Shown here piece by piece: positions 1 to 10,499 of a stretch of 42,632 nucleotides of DNA. Each line of letters begins with the position of its first letter. The first letter of the stretch is position 1. The stretch covers positions 9,377,561 through 9,420,192 of the forward strand of contig NC_069008.1 in NCBI RefSeq assembly GCF_001194135.2, in the 5' to 3' direction. A model generated the notes under the pieces. That model had not been told where the DNA came from. It searched no databases and worked only from the letters and a program-made list of their open reading frames with translations. The stretch comes from Octopus bimaculoides (Eukaryota). A program made the position numbers and the translations under genes.

Positions 1-284
1 ATATATATATATATATATATAAACAGAACAAGAACGTAATGGACGATAATGAAAACATATGGACAGATAGATGATACAAAGATGGACAGGAAAACCAGGA
101 TGGAACATTTGTGGCTTTCTATTCACCAGTCAAGCTTCCAATTATCACAACAGTTTTGGCCTGTTACAATTGAGACTGTTCAAAATTGGTAGGCCCCAAA
201 AACATAAGCTAAGGGCATTAAATTTTTGGAAGTGGGCAAATATGTGAGAACACGGACAAAAAAAACGAGAAAATGGAGAAAATG

Positions 285-468
285 GTGACGTAAAAGCACC
301 TACTACACTCTCTGAGTGGTTGGCGTTAGGAAGGGCATCCAGCTGTAGAAACTCTGCTAAATTAGATTTGAGCCTGGTGTTGCCATCCGGTTTCACCAGT
401 CCTCAGTCAAATCGTCCAACCCATGCTAGCATGGAAAGCGGACGTTAAACGACGATGATGATGATGAT
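285..468 (+). mobile_element. RTE-type retroposon 3' tail ending in (GAT)n
   Basis: ACGTAAAAGCACC...GGAAGGGCATCCAGCTGTAGAAAC...CCCATGCTAGCATGGAAAGCGGACGTTAAACGA(TGA)n. Homologous to the 3' UTR of the RTE LINE at 39556-42241 and nearly identical to 38880-39058. Confidence 0.85.
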
Positions 469-711
469 TACAAACACAAAGAGCATGAATAACAACAGGT
501 GTCTTTCGACTAAAAGGACAAGTTAAGGCAACAAACATGGATGAAAATCAGTAGACAGGGAAATAAACTGTTGTGCAAGCGGCGGTGAAGCCAAGAAAGA
601 AAGATCATGCTTGGCTGAGCACTGATTCCATTAGGAATATGGTAGAGTACAGTATAAAGCTAGTCCACCTTTAGAATCACCCAGGAGTACAGCTAGACAT
701 TTATTTATCAT

Positions 712-814
712 TTGCTACAATTGTTTCAATGGCATGTAGTTCTCCAAGAATACAGGTACTTGATTATGCAACTGTTTGTTTGCACAATGAGATCAGCCAT
801 GTTTCATCAGGCGA
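712..814 (-). ncRNA. Minimal type I hammerhead ribozyme motif with long loop II
   Basis: Minus strand: UCGC CUGAUGA AAC AUGGC...GCCAU U GAAA CAAUUG UA GCAA. Stem II 5 bp, palindromic stem III, GUA triplet, stem I 3 of 4 pairs. Confidence 0.65.
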
Positions 815-1259
815 TATACAAGTGTTGTCTCTGTTACTTTAAAGTTGTCAATTTCAAGGCTATCTCCTCTGTTCATTGTGATTTGAATTTAGTAGTGCCT
901 GATAGACCCATGGTGTGCGCCATGAGAGCACATTTGTCAGAATGCTATGAATGGTAGTAGATGATACTGTCTGTCATTTAAATGGGATTAGTCTTTCTAA
1001 TTTGTTCTTCATGGTTGGCAACATATATGAATATCTTAAGCTGACTTTTACTCTTCAGTGGTCAGATATATACTCAGGGAGACCAATCCCATTTAAATGC
1101 CAGACAGTACCATCACCTACCATCCATAGCATTCTGACAAATGTGCTCTCATGGCACATACCATGAGTCTATCAGCTGTTAGTAAATTCAAACCACAATG
1201 AACAGAAGAGATGGCCTGGAAGTCAACAACTTCAAACTAACAGAGACAACACTCATATA

Positions 1260-1363
1260 TTGCCTGAGGAAACACAACTAGGACTCATTCTGAAAACAAA
1301 CAGTTACATAATCAAATACCTGTATTCTTGGAGAACTACATTGTGTGGAAACGATTGTAGCAA
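1260..1363 (+). ncRNA. Minimal type I hammerhead ribozyme motif with long loop II
   Basis: UUGC CUGAGGA A ACACAA...UUGUGU G GAAA CGAUUG UA GCAA. Stem I 4 bp, stem II 6 bp, predicted cleavage after 1359. Confidence 0.7.
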
Positions 1364-1380
1364 ATAATAAATAAATGTCC

Positions 1381-1384
<4 letters not shown>

Positions 1385-1416
<32 letters not shown>
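1385..1416. repeat. (TA)n microsatellite
   Basis: Pure TA run; further TA runs at 1-20, 12210-12238, 13578-13600, 17695-17773, 20650-20697, 23133-23176 and 42421-42446 (approximate limits). Confidence 0.95.
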
Positions 1417-1420
<4 letters not shown>

Positions 1421-2001
1421 AGAGAATTCACAAAAAAAACAAAAAACGAAGACAAGTGGTGTAAACAACAAACAGATGTATTAGTATAACGTTCAGGAAG
1501 TGGAAAAGTCTTTAATGTTTTGAGCCTACGCTCTTCCACAGAAAGGAACACAGAAAGAAACAAGGAGAGAAACAATGAGAGAAAAAAGAATGTGTAGTGG
1601 CTAGCGATCTATCATGGCAAATGCCAGACAGAAGGGTCACACAGGAGAGCTAGGAAGAAAAGGAGATAATAAGGTGGTGGTGATCCGAAAACAAAGGTGC
1701 GTNNNNNNNNNNNNNNNNNNNNNNNNNNNNNNNNNNNNNNNNNNNNNNNNNNNNNNNNNNNNNNNNNNNNNNNNNNNNNNNNNNNNNNNNNNNNNNNNNN
1801 NNNNNNNNNNNNNNNNNNNNNNNNNNNNNNNNNNNNNNNNNNNNNNNNNNNNNNNNNNNNNNNNNNNNNNNNNNNNNNNNNNNNNNNNNNNNNNNNNNNN
1901 NNNNNNNNNNNNNNNNNNNNNNNNNNNNNNNNNNNNNNNNNNNNNNNNNNNNNNNNNNNNNNNNNNNNNNNNNNNNNNNNNNNNNNNNNNNNNNNNNNNN
2001 N

Positions 2002-2199
2002 AAAATAACACACAAAAGCCACCAGATTCACTTCAACATTTAAATTTAATTTGTCAAAATATTTTCGTTGCTTTGAGACCGCGACCTGTTCACTGACAAA
2101 ATTCCGTGCTGCAAGTTCGAGGTCTCAAAGCAACGAAAATATTTTGACAAATTAAATTTAAATGTTGAAGTGAATCTAACGGCTTTTGTGTATTATTTT
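2002..2199. repeat. Fold-back inverted repeat (~80-bp arms, 57-bp perfect core)
   Basis: 2024-2080 is the exact reverse complement of 2121-2177; the left arm starts at a gap. Confidence 0.95.
2050..2100 (-). ncRNA. Hammerhead-like motif with G3:C8 core variant
   Basis: Minus strand: UUUGUCA GUGAACA G GUCGC GGUCUCAAA GCAAC GAAA AUAUUU UGACAAA. Stem I 7 bp, stem II 4 of 5 pairs, palindromic AAUAUU. Confidence 0.45.
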
Positions 2200-2439
2200 A
2201 AATGGCTTATAAACACCTTCCACGCTGCAATTGTTTATGTATATATATATACATTTATATATTTATATATTGCGTAAGATATAACTTAGAGTTAATGTAA
2301 CCATCTAAGGGATAGAGGTATCCATAGGCACTCCTGGTATTACCTCAGTATGTATGGTCCTTATTATAAGGTATACTGTAGTAGGTAATTTAAAAAGTAA
2401 AACTGTGGTTTAAAATATATAAAGACGAATAAGAAATGG

Positions 2440-2897
2440 AGCAAAAATAACAGTGAGAAGTGGATCGTTATTGTTATAAGGTCATTATTCAAATTAAGAT
2501 GAGAGTATGTTTACAGCTGTTTCAGTATATCAAGTTAGGGTAAATTTGCATTTACCTCATTGCAATTGATAGATATCATCAGAACGATTGTATGACAAAG
2601 ATAAATACAAGGAAGTGTGGTCCATAAATTCAATATATAAGTTCAAATTATGGACCACACTAAAATGTAAGAGTATTTAATTAACAAACATTTTTCCTTT
2701 TTTCCTCACATTTTCTTTCTATCTTCCTTCTATTTACTTTACCATACAATTGTTCCAATGAGGTCTATCAATTGCAATGTAGTAAATGTAAATTTACCCC
2801 AACATGATATACTTAAACAGCTGTAAAAATATTCTCATCTCAACTTAAATAATGACCTTATAACAATAACGATCCACTTCTCACTGTTATTTTTGCT
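2440..2897. repeat. Inverted repeat (155-bp arms) of a Penelope-like terminus
   Basis: 2440-2594 matches the reverse complement of 2743-2897; a small 12-bp hairpin lies in the spacer; the repeat is adjacent to a GIY-YIG ORF. Confidence 0.85.
2509..2585 (-). ncRNA. Hammerhead motif with 52-nt extended stem II
   Basis: Minus strand: GUU CUGAUGA [UAUCAA..GGUAAAU-GCAA-AUUUACC..UUGAUA] GAAA CAGCUG UA AAC. The plus-strand partner at 2752-2828 is decayed (CCAAUGA, UAAA). Confidence 0.55.
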
Positions 2898-2998
2898 NNN
2901 NNNNNNNNNNNNNNNNNNNNNNNNNNNNNNNNNNNNNNNNNNNNNNNNNNNNNNNNNNNNNNNNNNNNNNNNNNNNNNNNNNNNNNNNNNNNNNNNNT

Positions 2999-3790
2999 TT
3001 AGTTAGAATAATGAAAAACATATCCCCCCTGTGCAGTCCATGGGAGGTGCAAAGACATATTCAAGACTTCATGCATCGAATGCAGTTTTCGGGATACAGC
3101 CAGAAAGATAGAATCCGAGTATACAGAGGAGCTAACAAGAAATTTGAGGAGATTGTTGCCAAAGATACAGATGGAACACAACCTAGATACCGTAACAAAC
3201 AGTGGAATAGACTACAAAGGATTAGTGACAAAACAAACAGAAAGAGCACGTGGTACAATACCGACAAGTTCCAGGGAGTAATGTTTGTGGACGCCACGCC
3301 ACACGGAAAACTGGCCCGCAGATTTCGAAAAATCCTCAAAAGTACCAAGTTGAGGATAAATGTTATAGAAAAACCAGGGAGATCCATTAGATCAATAATA
3401 TGTTAAACATATCCCTTCAGAAGAACAAGGTGTGTTGAGGAGAGTTGCATTGTGTGCGAATATAGTCCTGGTGCCAACTGCAAAGCCAGGAATGTGGTCT
3501 ACAAAATAAGCTGTATGGATGGTGAGTGTAAAAACAGAAACACGACATACATAGGTGAAACGGCAAGAAGTTTGGCTGAGCGTGTAAACGAACATTGGAG
3601 AGACTATAATAATCAAAAACAAACCTCGGTGCTCTAACAGCATGCCAAAGAACAACATGGTGGTGTACTGGACAGAATTAGTATAGAAATCCTGTCTAGA
3701 CACCCCGATGACGCATCGTTGCGACAAATACAGGAGTCGGTCCTCATAACTGAAACGCAACCAATTTTGAACACCAAATACACGTAGATG
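2999..3790 (+). pseudogene. Penelope-like element ORF C-terminus: RT thumb/linker plus GIY-YIG endonuclease (interrupted)
   Basis: ORFs 3011-3406 and 3452-3637: CxxC...NVVYKISC...YIGETARSLAERVNEH, continuing after a stop as QHAKEQH...LRQIQESVLITETQPILN. These are classic PLE GIY-YIG motifs. Confidence 0.9.
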
Positions 3791-4199
3791 AGGGCCTTAC
3801 AATTGCCCATGGTNNNNNNNNNNNNNNNNNNNNNNNNNNNNNNNNNNNNNNNNNNNNNNNNNNNNNNNNNNNNNNNNNNNNNNNNNNNNNNNNNNNNNNN
3901 NNNNNNNNNNNNNNNNNNNNNNNNNNNNNNNNNNNNNNNNNNNNNNNNNNNNNNNNNNNNNNNNNNNNNNNNNNNNNNNNNNNNNNNNNNNNNNNNNNNN
4001 NNNNNNNNNNNNNNNNNNNNNNNNNNNNNNNNNNNNNNNNNNNNNNNNNNNNCATACATTCAAAATAAATGGAAGTGGAGAGACAAGTTACTGAAGAGAT
4101 TGCAAGAGTGCAATGAAATAATTTAACAAAAAACTATATAAAATAATAAAGGACTGAACCAGTGCGTGTGTTTATTACTGGCATAATGCCTCTCCCAAG

Positions 4200-4405
4200 G
4201 ATTAATTCGATTTGAATTGTTACCACCTAATGCATCAATCAATGCTCAAGTCTACTCTCAGCAATTAGAGCATTTGAACCAAGCTTTGAAGAAAAAAGAC
4301 CTGCTTTAGTGAATCGAAAAGGAGTGATGTTTCATCAGGACAAAGCATGACCCTACACTGCTAAGATCACATCACAGAAGATCGAAGAGCTTGGTTGGGA
4401 AGTTA
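4200..4405 (+). mobile_element. mariner transposase fragment
   Basis: Reads FELLPPNASINAQVYSQQLEHLNQAL...LVNRKGVMFHQDKA*P...KIEELGWEV (HQDNARPH region) across frameshifts. Confidence 0.8.
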
Positions 4406-4750
4406 TTGCTGTTATGTTATTATTGTTATTAATTAAATCAGAATTATTATTACTTATTATATTGGGAGGTTGTTGTTGCTGTCTGGGTAAACTGGTTGGG
4501 AGCACGTGGTTAGGGTTTCTTCGCTGGAATGAATTGTTGGGGTGATTAATTATGTTTGGAATGCTGGGGAGCTGGGGATTGGTTTAATTTGTAGTTTGTG
4601 TGGTAGAATTAAAGGTGCTGATGTAAATAGGATGAGGATCTGTAGGTTGAGTTTCTTTGTTGAGGAGTAAAGGGGGTCTCTTGGATGTTTCTAGTTGCTA
4701 GGGAGAAAAAATTACTCCTAACTCTAGGTTGGTTGCTTCTGGTGTTTCTT

Positions 4751-4981
4751 ATTTCTTTACTGCCCACAAGGGGCTAAACATAGAGGGGACAAACATGGAC
4801 AGGCAAAGGGATTAAGTCGATTACATCGACCCCAGTGCGTAACTGGTACTTTATTTATCGATCCCAAAAGGATGAAAGGCAAAGTCGACCTCGGCGGAAT
4901 TTGAACTCAGAACATAATGGCAGACGAAATACCACTAAGCAATTCGCCCGGTGCGCAAACGTTTCTGCCAGCTCACCACCT
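4751..4981 (-). mobile_element. tRNA-headed SINE (Nin/Deu-like central domain)
   Basis: Minus strand: GGTGAGCTGGCAGAA...GAGTTCAAATTCC (B box)...GCCTTTCATCCTTTTGGGATCGATAAA..AGTACCAGTT; same family as 33916-34135; possible short TSD TGTTTCT. Confidence 0.8.
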
Positions 4982-5169
4982 TGTTTCTAATTGATGAGTA
5001 GTCCTTGTTATTAGATAGAGAATGATTTACTTCTAGGTGATGGGTCAGTTTTCTGTGTTTGTGTTGTTTTGGATGTTGATTGTTTGATCTAAGTGGACGT
5101 GTATTTATTTCTGTGGATGTATTTGTTCTGGATTTAATCCATCTATTTTGTTAGTTAGACTAACTAAAT

Positions 5170-5375
5170 TTGAGTTAATTTCACCATACCTCATCTCAAA
5201 ACACTACTATTTATATCAACACACAACCTCAGAAACAGTGAAGCATTCAACACTATTGTGCAAAATCTTCCTTTACTAACTAGAGATCCAAAAATCAACG
5301 ACATCCTGAAAACGCACAAACTCATTAAAGGCAAAAAAACAACACAGATCACTTAAAGAGACTGCATCAATGTCA
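5170..5375 (+). mobile_element. Penelope-like element ORF fragment (RT-to-endonuclease linker)
   Basis: FISTHNLRNSEAFNTIVQNLPLLTRDPKINDILKTHKLIKGK resembles the PLE linker region; short and degenerate. Confidence 0.5.
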
Positions 5376-5725
5376 ATTCTCATACACTATTTTGTGTAAG
5401 ACTGTGGTTGGTGAAGATCAACCATTTATCTGCATCTGAAAAGTTCCTCTCCAAAGAAGACTACCACTTGGCAATGAGCAAGCTACATTGGTTCTTTTCA
5501 TTTGAAAAGAACCAATGTAGCGTGCCACATGTGTTGTTAAAGATCCAGAACAAATACCACTTGTTATTCTATCTAATGTATTAACAATTCTGCCAATCCA
5601 CGACCCTGGATTAGTGCTCTGTTTTATCAATCTCAAAAGGCTGAAAGGGCAAGTTGGAACAAATACTGCAAGGTATTGTGTTAAAAACTCTAATGATTCT
5701 GCCAATCTGATGAATTGTATGTACT

Positions 5726-5729
<4 letters not shown>

Positions 5730-5785
<56 letters not shown>
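5730..5785. repeat. (CA)n microsatellite
   Basis: Pure CA run; similar (TG)n/(CA)n runs at about 6245-6322, 13943-13975 and 20170-20224. Confidence 0.95.
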
Positions 5786-5789
<4 letters not shown>

Positions 5790-6243
5790 ATATGCCAATG
5801 TTGACTATATCCACCCTCATTATACCCATGTATGTATGTTTGCCTGCCTACCTTCCTCCTCACAAATAATCCACCACCACCATTCACACTACCAGTACTG
5901 ACATAACACACATGCACACACATACATACACACCTGGATTTATCAGCTTTAGATGGTGTTATAATATTCTGTAATCAATGCTATCACCGGATTATCTTGG
6001 CTGTGTAGAGAGATGGAGGATTAGCAGCAATAACAGTAACATCAAGAGGCAAAGAGGGAGGATTCAAGGTTGCTGTTTGAACTGCAAGAAATAGCAGCAA
6101 AATCTCCCACAAAAAGTGCCCTGTTGTTTTATGTCTCAGTGTGTGGGTGAATGTGTGTGTGTTTGTCTATGTATGTGTTTATATGCATACATATGTAAGA
6201 TACATGCATGCATACATATGTAAGATATATATATACATATAAG

Positions 6244-6325
<82 letters not shown>

Positions 6326-6390
6326 AATAAAATAAGACAACAAAGCCAAGGCTGTGTGGAATTTTCAGTGCATTTATAAAGAAAAAGTTA

Positions 6391-6438
6391 ATCTTACAGC
6401 TGTTTCTGGGATATTAGGGATATCCCTTCATCAGAAAC
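6391..6438 (-). ncRNA. Minimal hammerhead motif (same family as 13310-13357)
   Basis: Minus strand: GUUU CUGAUGA A GGGAUA UCCCUAA UAUCCC A GAAA CAGCUG UA AGAU. Core intact; stem I weak (wobble pairs). Confidence 0.65.
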
Positions 6439-7499
6439 AAAATCTCCCACAAAAAATACCCTATTATTTTATGTTTCAAGTTTGATTTGAGATTTGTGTT
6501 TGATTTCTAGCCTGTCTCTCATATAGATGGAAGCAAGTATAACCAAAATCATACCCAACTGTCTATTATGTGAGAACTAACTCCAAAGTAAGGCAAAAGT
6601 GTGCATAACCTTTCCTATTTAGTAACTTTTCTGGATATTGTCTGTTTGGTAGCTCTTTTTGAAATTTTGAAATTAAGTGAAAATTTCTACATTTGGTGTA
6701 TTGACATAATTTTTCATGCTGAATACCAAAGTCTGATTCACTAGTTCCAGAAAATTTTTTTTTTAAATATTACAGAAGATTAAAGTTTGGTCATTTTTAT
6801 CCAGTTAGGAAACAGGATTTGGAAGCTGTCATTTTGTGCATGACAGCAATGATAGCACATGTTTTAAGCATTTAATAAGTGAAAAATGACCAAAAGACAA
6901 GTAAATAACACATTTTGTAGTTTTAAGCATCCAAGAGGTGGATATCAAAAATATTCAAAAGCACCAATAGATGGGTACAAGCATGACACACAACATAAAA
7001 TATCAGTTTGTAAACAACTATGGTTTTTTTGTAAACAAGAGTTCCAACACTTGGCTTATTACTACCCAAAATTTGCAAACTTTAAAACCTATTAACTGGT
7101 TATTTATTGAATATGGCAAAAATGAATTTCATGTCAATAATTAGCATACAAAACTACATCAATACACCAGACTTGAGATGAGTTGGAAAAAAAATTGAAG
7201 AAATTGAAATGTGGTAGGCAAACAGAAAAGGTCCACTTTTCTTCTTGTTCTACTTCATTGCAGGTAAATAAGGTGTTACATATGCAGGCATGTGTTATAA
7301 CTAAGCTCTTAATGAAGGAAGGATGCAGGCTGTTCAACATCCATAGAAAGCTATAGATAAATGAATGAAGTTTAAAGAAAGTGAATCAGTATTAAAGACA
7401 AACAATGCAGTGTTGGAGACCATCGACCGTGATCGCTGAAACAAATCACCAGCCAAGTGGACAAAATGCTTCACACAGACAGACATGTCACATTGTATG

Positions 7500-7895
7500 G
7501 CTGTATGGGGAGAAGCTAACTGCCTAGCTACATGGTTCTGGTTTCAGTTACACTGCGTGACACCTTGGGCAAGTGTCTTATCTGTAGCCCTGGGCCAACC
7601 AAAGCTTTGTGAGTGGATTTGGTACATGGAAACTGAAAGAAGCCTGTTGTATGAGTGTGTGTGTTCCTGAGGATCTTTGTGCCTGTGTTTGTCCCCTACC
7701 ACCACTTGACAACAGTTATTGCCAGTGTTCATGAGTTTATGTCACAGAAACTTAGTGATTTGGCAAAAGAGATCAATAGAATAAGTACCAGGCTTAAAAA
7801 AAATACTGGTGTCAATTCATTCCACAAAAAAATTTTCAAGGCAGTGAGTGCCCCAACATGGCTGCAGTTTAATGACTGAAAGAAGTAAAAGATAT
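7500..7895 (+). mobile_element. tRNA-headed SINE with CORE-like domain, long form
   Basis: Degenerate head, then CACCTTGGGCAAGTG...CCAAAGCTTTGTGAGTGGATTTGGTA..GGAAACTGAAAGAAGCC; same head as 19405, 36810 and 42265; 3' tail ends GAAAGAAGTAAAAGATA. Confidence 0.75.
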
Positions 7896-7939
7896 AAGAT
7901 AGACACACACACACACATACACACACTCACAGACAACTA

Positions 7940-9109
7940 TTGGGTCATCCCATAAATAATGCGTTTTTTTTCAATTGCATGAACTAAAAGTCAGAGGAGG
8001 ATGGGATAAACTACCTGCATCAACTTGCTATAAAAGCAGGTAGTAATTTTCCCTTGGCTCTTATTCTTAGTGCAAGTTTTGAAGAGTGCAGTTCGATTTT
8101 AAGTTTTTTCCAAGCTATAATGGAAGTGACAAAGGAGCATATTTGGTATATTTTGCTTTATGAGTTTAATAAAGGCAACAATGCAACAGAGAGTGTGAGA
8201 AATATTAATGCAGTATATGGGGATCGGACAATAAATGTAAGCCAGTGTCAACAGTGGTTCCAGAAATTCCGAGCCGGAAACTACAGCCTAGAAGACGAGC
8301 CTTGCCCTGAAAGATCTGTAGAGCTCGACAAGGATGTCCTGCAAACCCTGGTGGAACAAAATCCCACTGAAACTGTTGAGGATCTAGCAGAGAAGCTTGG
8401 ATCTGGTCATTCAACCATTCCTTGACACCTGCATGCTACTGGAAAAGTCAGCAAATTCGGTCGATGGGCTCCTCACAAACTGTCCAAGTCTAATCAAACA
8501 CAGAGAGTGAATGTGTGCACTTCTTCACTACCACATCTCATGAATGAACCTTTTACAGACTGAATAGTGACTGGTGATGAGAAATGGGTTCTCTACAAAA
8601 ATGTCAAGCACAGAAGACAGTGGGTAGGGAAAGGAGAAACACTGGCACCCCAGGCTAAAGAAGGTCTTCACCCACGTATGGTATTGTTATCTGTTTGGTG
8701 GGATATGAAAGGTTTAGCCCACTTTGAACTTTTAAACCCAAACCAAAGGATAACTAAAGCGATCTACTACGAGCAGCTTGAGCAGCCTAAGTCAGCACTA
8801 AAAGAAGAACAACCATCTTTGGTTTCAAGACAAAAGGTGTTCTTCCATTAGGAAAATACTCGGCCACATACAGCAAGGATGACATTCCAAAGGCTGGAGC
8901 AGTTTGAACGGGAAACAATGCCCCACCAACCATATTTGCCAGACATTGCTCCATCTGATTATCATTTATTCTGCAGTCTTCAAAATTATTTGGACAGAAA
9001 AAATATGAACTCTGTAGACAAGGTCAGAACAGTACTGGAGGAGTATTTTTCATCACAGACAAGTGAATTTTGGAAGAGGGGCCTTACAAGTCTACCAGAT
9101 AGATGGAAG
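7940..9109 (+). mobile_element. mariner (DD34D) element, pseudogenised transposase, 3' end in gap
   Basis: TA followed by TIR TTGGGTCATCCCATAAATAATGCG; HTH (WFQKFRAGNYSLED), VTGDEKW, FFH*ENTRPH and PYLPDIAPSDYHLF motifs. Confidence 0.95.
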
Positions 9110-9969
9110 NNNNNNNNNNNNNNNNNNNNNNNNNNNNNNNNNNNNNNNNNNNNNNNNNNNNNNNNNNNNNNNNNNNNNNNNNNNNNNNNNNNNNNNNNNN
9201 NNNNNNNNNNNNNNNNNNNNNNNNNNNNNNNNNNNNNNNNNNNNNNNNNNNNNNNNNNNNNNNNNNNNNNNNNNNNNNNNNNNNNNNNNNNNNNNNNNNN
9301 NNNNNNNNNNNNNNNNNNNNNNNNNNNNNNNNNNNNNNNNNNNNNNNNNNNNNNNNNNNNNNNNNNNNNNNNNNNNNNNNNNNNNNNNNNNNNNNNNNNN
9401 NNNNNNNNNNNNNNNNNNNNNNNNNNNNNNNNNNNNNNNNNNNNNNNNNNNNNNNNNNNNNNNNNNNNNNNNNNNNNNNNNNNNNNNNNNNNNNNNNNNN
9501 NNNNNNNNNNNNNNNNNNNNNNNNNNNNNNNNNNNNNNNNNNNNNNNNNNNNNNNNNNNNNNNNNNNNNNNNNNNNNNNNNNNNNNNNNNNNNNNNNNNN
9601 NNNNNNNNNNNNNNNNNNNNNNNNNNNNNNNNNNNNNNNNNNNNNNNNNNNNNNNNNNNNNNNNNNNNNNNNNNNNNNNNNNNNNNNNNNNNNNNNNNNN
9701 NNNNNNNNNNNNNNNNNNNNNNNNNNNNNNNNNNNNNNNNNNNNNNNNNNNNNNNNNNNNNNNNNNNNNNNNNNNNNNNNNNNNNNNNNNNNNNNNNNNN
9801 NNNNNNNNNNNNNNNNNNNNNNNNNNNNNNNNNNNNNNNNNNNNNNNNNNNNNNNNNNNNNNNNNNNNNNNNNNNNNNNNNNNNNNNNNNNNNNNNNNNN
9901 NNNNNNNNNNNNNNNNNNNNNNNNNNNNNNNNNNNNNNNNNNNNNNNNNNNNNNNNNNNNNNNNNNNNN
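9110..9969. other. Assembly gap
   Basis: N run. Other gaps: 1703-2001, 2898-2997, 3814-4052, 12168-12209, 28027-28435, 37963-38832, and 10-N joins at 14669-14678, 28811-28820 and 40842-40851. Confidence 1.
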
Positions 9970-10253
9970 CTTTATTTCAAACCAAAATAAGTAACATCGA
10001 CATCAGATTTGAGCGAAATCCGTTGAAACTGGTTTGGCTGAAAATGGTTTGCTGGCAATTTGATTGAGAAATCCCATAAGGAATCAGTTTATTGGTTATT
10101 TCCACTCATTGACTGTTTTTTTTAAAGTTGCATTATTGATCTGCATAGGAGAAGGTTGATCTGAAGGTTTGCATTGGGGATCTGGATTGGAGTAACTTAG
10201 GAAAACTTACCAACAGCCTTAACCAAAAAATAAGGGGCCTGTCCCTTTTAGGT

Positions 10254-10430
10254 TAACTCTAACCCTAACCCTAAACCCTAACCCCTAACCCTAAAACCCT
10301 AACCCTGACCCTGAAACCGTAACCCTAACACCAACCCTAATCCTAATCCTAACCCTAACACTAACCTTAACCCTAATCCTAACTGTAAAACCCTAACCCT
10401 AATCCTAAAACCCTAACCGTAACACCCTAG
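10254..10430. repeat. Degenerate interstitial (CCCTAA)n telomere-like array
   Basis: About 28 imperfect TAACCC units with variants (TAATCC, TGACCC, TAACCG). Confidence 0.9.
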
Positions 10431-10499
10431 TGGAAATCGTGCGGGTGTTAATCTGAAAAATTACCAAACCCTTTTTGTGGTCCGAAAAACGGGTTGGGG

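Larger units (their letters stand above)
697..1379. repeat. Long inverted repeat (~305-bp arms, ~75-bp spacer) of Penelope-like element termini
   Basis: 697-~1000 is the reverse complement of ~1075-1379 at roughly 80% identity by eye; each arm carries a hammerhead motif. Confidence 0.85.

Noticed and set aside
3786-3813. UAGAUGA GGGC...GCCC just after the GIY-YIG stop
   Set aside because: No GAAA follows, and the sequence is cut by a gap, so it cannot be evaluated.
8879-10067. Long ORFs in the track that span N runs (also 1612-2096, 3634-4126, 27989-28574, 37861-38990)
   Set aside because: Their length comes from untranslatable gap characters.
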